DNA from: Monocercomonoides exilis PA203
Taxonomy: Eukaryota > Protista > Preaxostyla
Direction: 5' to 3'
Length of the DNA stretch: 64,000 nt
Assembly (NCBI GenBank): GCA_001643675.2
Contig: LSRY02000029.1
Span: 682,001-746,000, forward strand
The notes under the pieces are model-generated. The model saw only the letters and a list, made by a program, of their open reading frames with translations. It was not told the origin of the DNA and made no database searches. Below are positions 63,501 to 64,000 of the stretch, piece by piece. Each line of letters starts with the position of its first letter. Positions within the stretch are counted from its first letter, which is position 1. The position numbers and the translations under genes are program-made.

Positions 63501-64000
63501 CGGAAATTGGACTGCATGCTGAATGACCTCGCAAATTCTGACCTGGAAGATTTGAGCGATGAACTGGATGTGCCCTGCCGTTATGTTTGCATCAAAAGCG
63601 AGGAAAACGGGCAATTTGTATGGAAGATGCGGAAAGTGCCTGTGTATGCAGCAGTCGAACTGAGGAAATCGATGGCTCGGCTGGATCTGATGAGTGTGCT
63701 GAAGATCGTTCTATAGCAAAGCTGTGCCGACCTGCGAAGAGGAAGCAGAGGTGACACACAGAAAGGGAAGGAAAGGAGCAGGGAAAGGATCACCTCTGCT
63801 GTTTCAGAAGGAGAAAGGGACAAGAACATTCAGTCAGAGCAGCGTGCTTACAACGAGATGAGCCGTCGTTCTCAAAGTTGGCATCTTTCTTCACTTCGCA
63901 GAATTAAATGGCGATGGATCTGATGCAGAAATATTCTGATCTTAATTTGGTTGCGCCTTTTGATTCAACTGCAGAATTTGACGCAAATTCAAACATTGCT
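60546..64000 (+). pseudogene. Degraded coding fragments (Ser/Arg-rich and helical segments)
   Basis: Series of plus-strand ORF pieces (61056-61337, 61508-61780, 61837-62685, 63018-63371, 63441-63716) interrupted by stops and frameshifts; no family recognised. Confidence 0.4.

Noticed and set aside
35700-64000. Alternative genetic code (TAA/TAG = Gln, as in some oxymonads) explaining the broken ORFs
   Set aside because: Intact genes of more than 1000 codons have no internal TAR and several end in TAA; the broken ORFs also contain TGA stops and frameshifts.
1-64000. CRISPR arrays, tRNA or rRNA genes
   Set aside because: No repeat-spacer periodicity, cloverleaf or rRNA signatures were seen; the sequence is eukaryotic.

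Overview
Eukaryotic, AT-rich genomic DNA with short GT-AG introns (often GTTTG donors), the standard genetic code and many GAA/TCT-derived low-complexity tracts. The style suggests an oxymonad such as Monocercomonoides (inference only). The left ~34 kb is gene-dense and intact: a FYVE-like Zn-finger protein, a Sep15/SelM-like protein, a RING-H2 protein, a Tudor-like protein, a TmcB-like membrane protein with a C-terminal hemerythrin-like domain, TatD and a CH-domain protein. The right ~30 kb is mostly decayed gene fragments and microsatellites, containing two intact, related DNA transposons. Element 1 (42042-47985) has perfect 392-bp TIRs and encodes a spliced ~1263-aa protein in which an apparently catalytically intact ubiquitin-specific protease (USP/C19) domain is fused to a Sola2-like DDD transposase. 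A GC-rich, pseudoknot-capable structured RNA begins 5 nt after its stop codon. Element 2 (54117-58315, TTCA TSD) shares the termini, the N-terminal domain, an intron position and the USP domain but lacks the transposase core. This 'deubiquitinase-carrying Sola2-like transposon family' is the best candidate for a novel system. All assignments were made by eye, without database searches.
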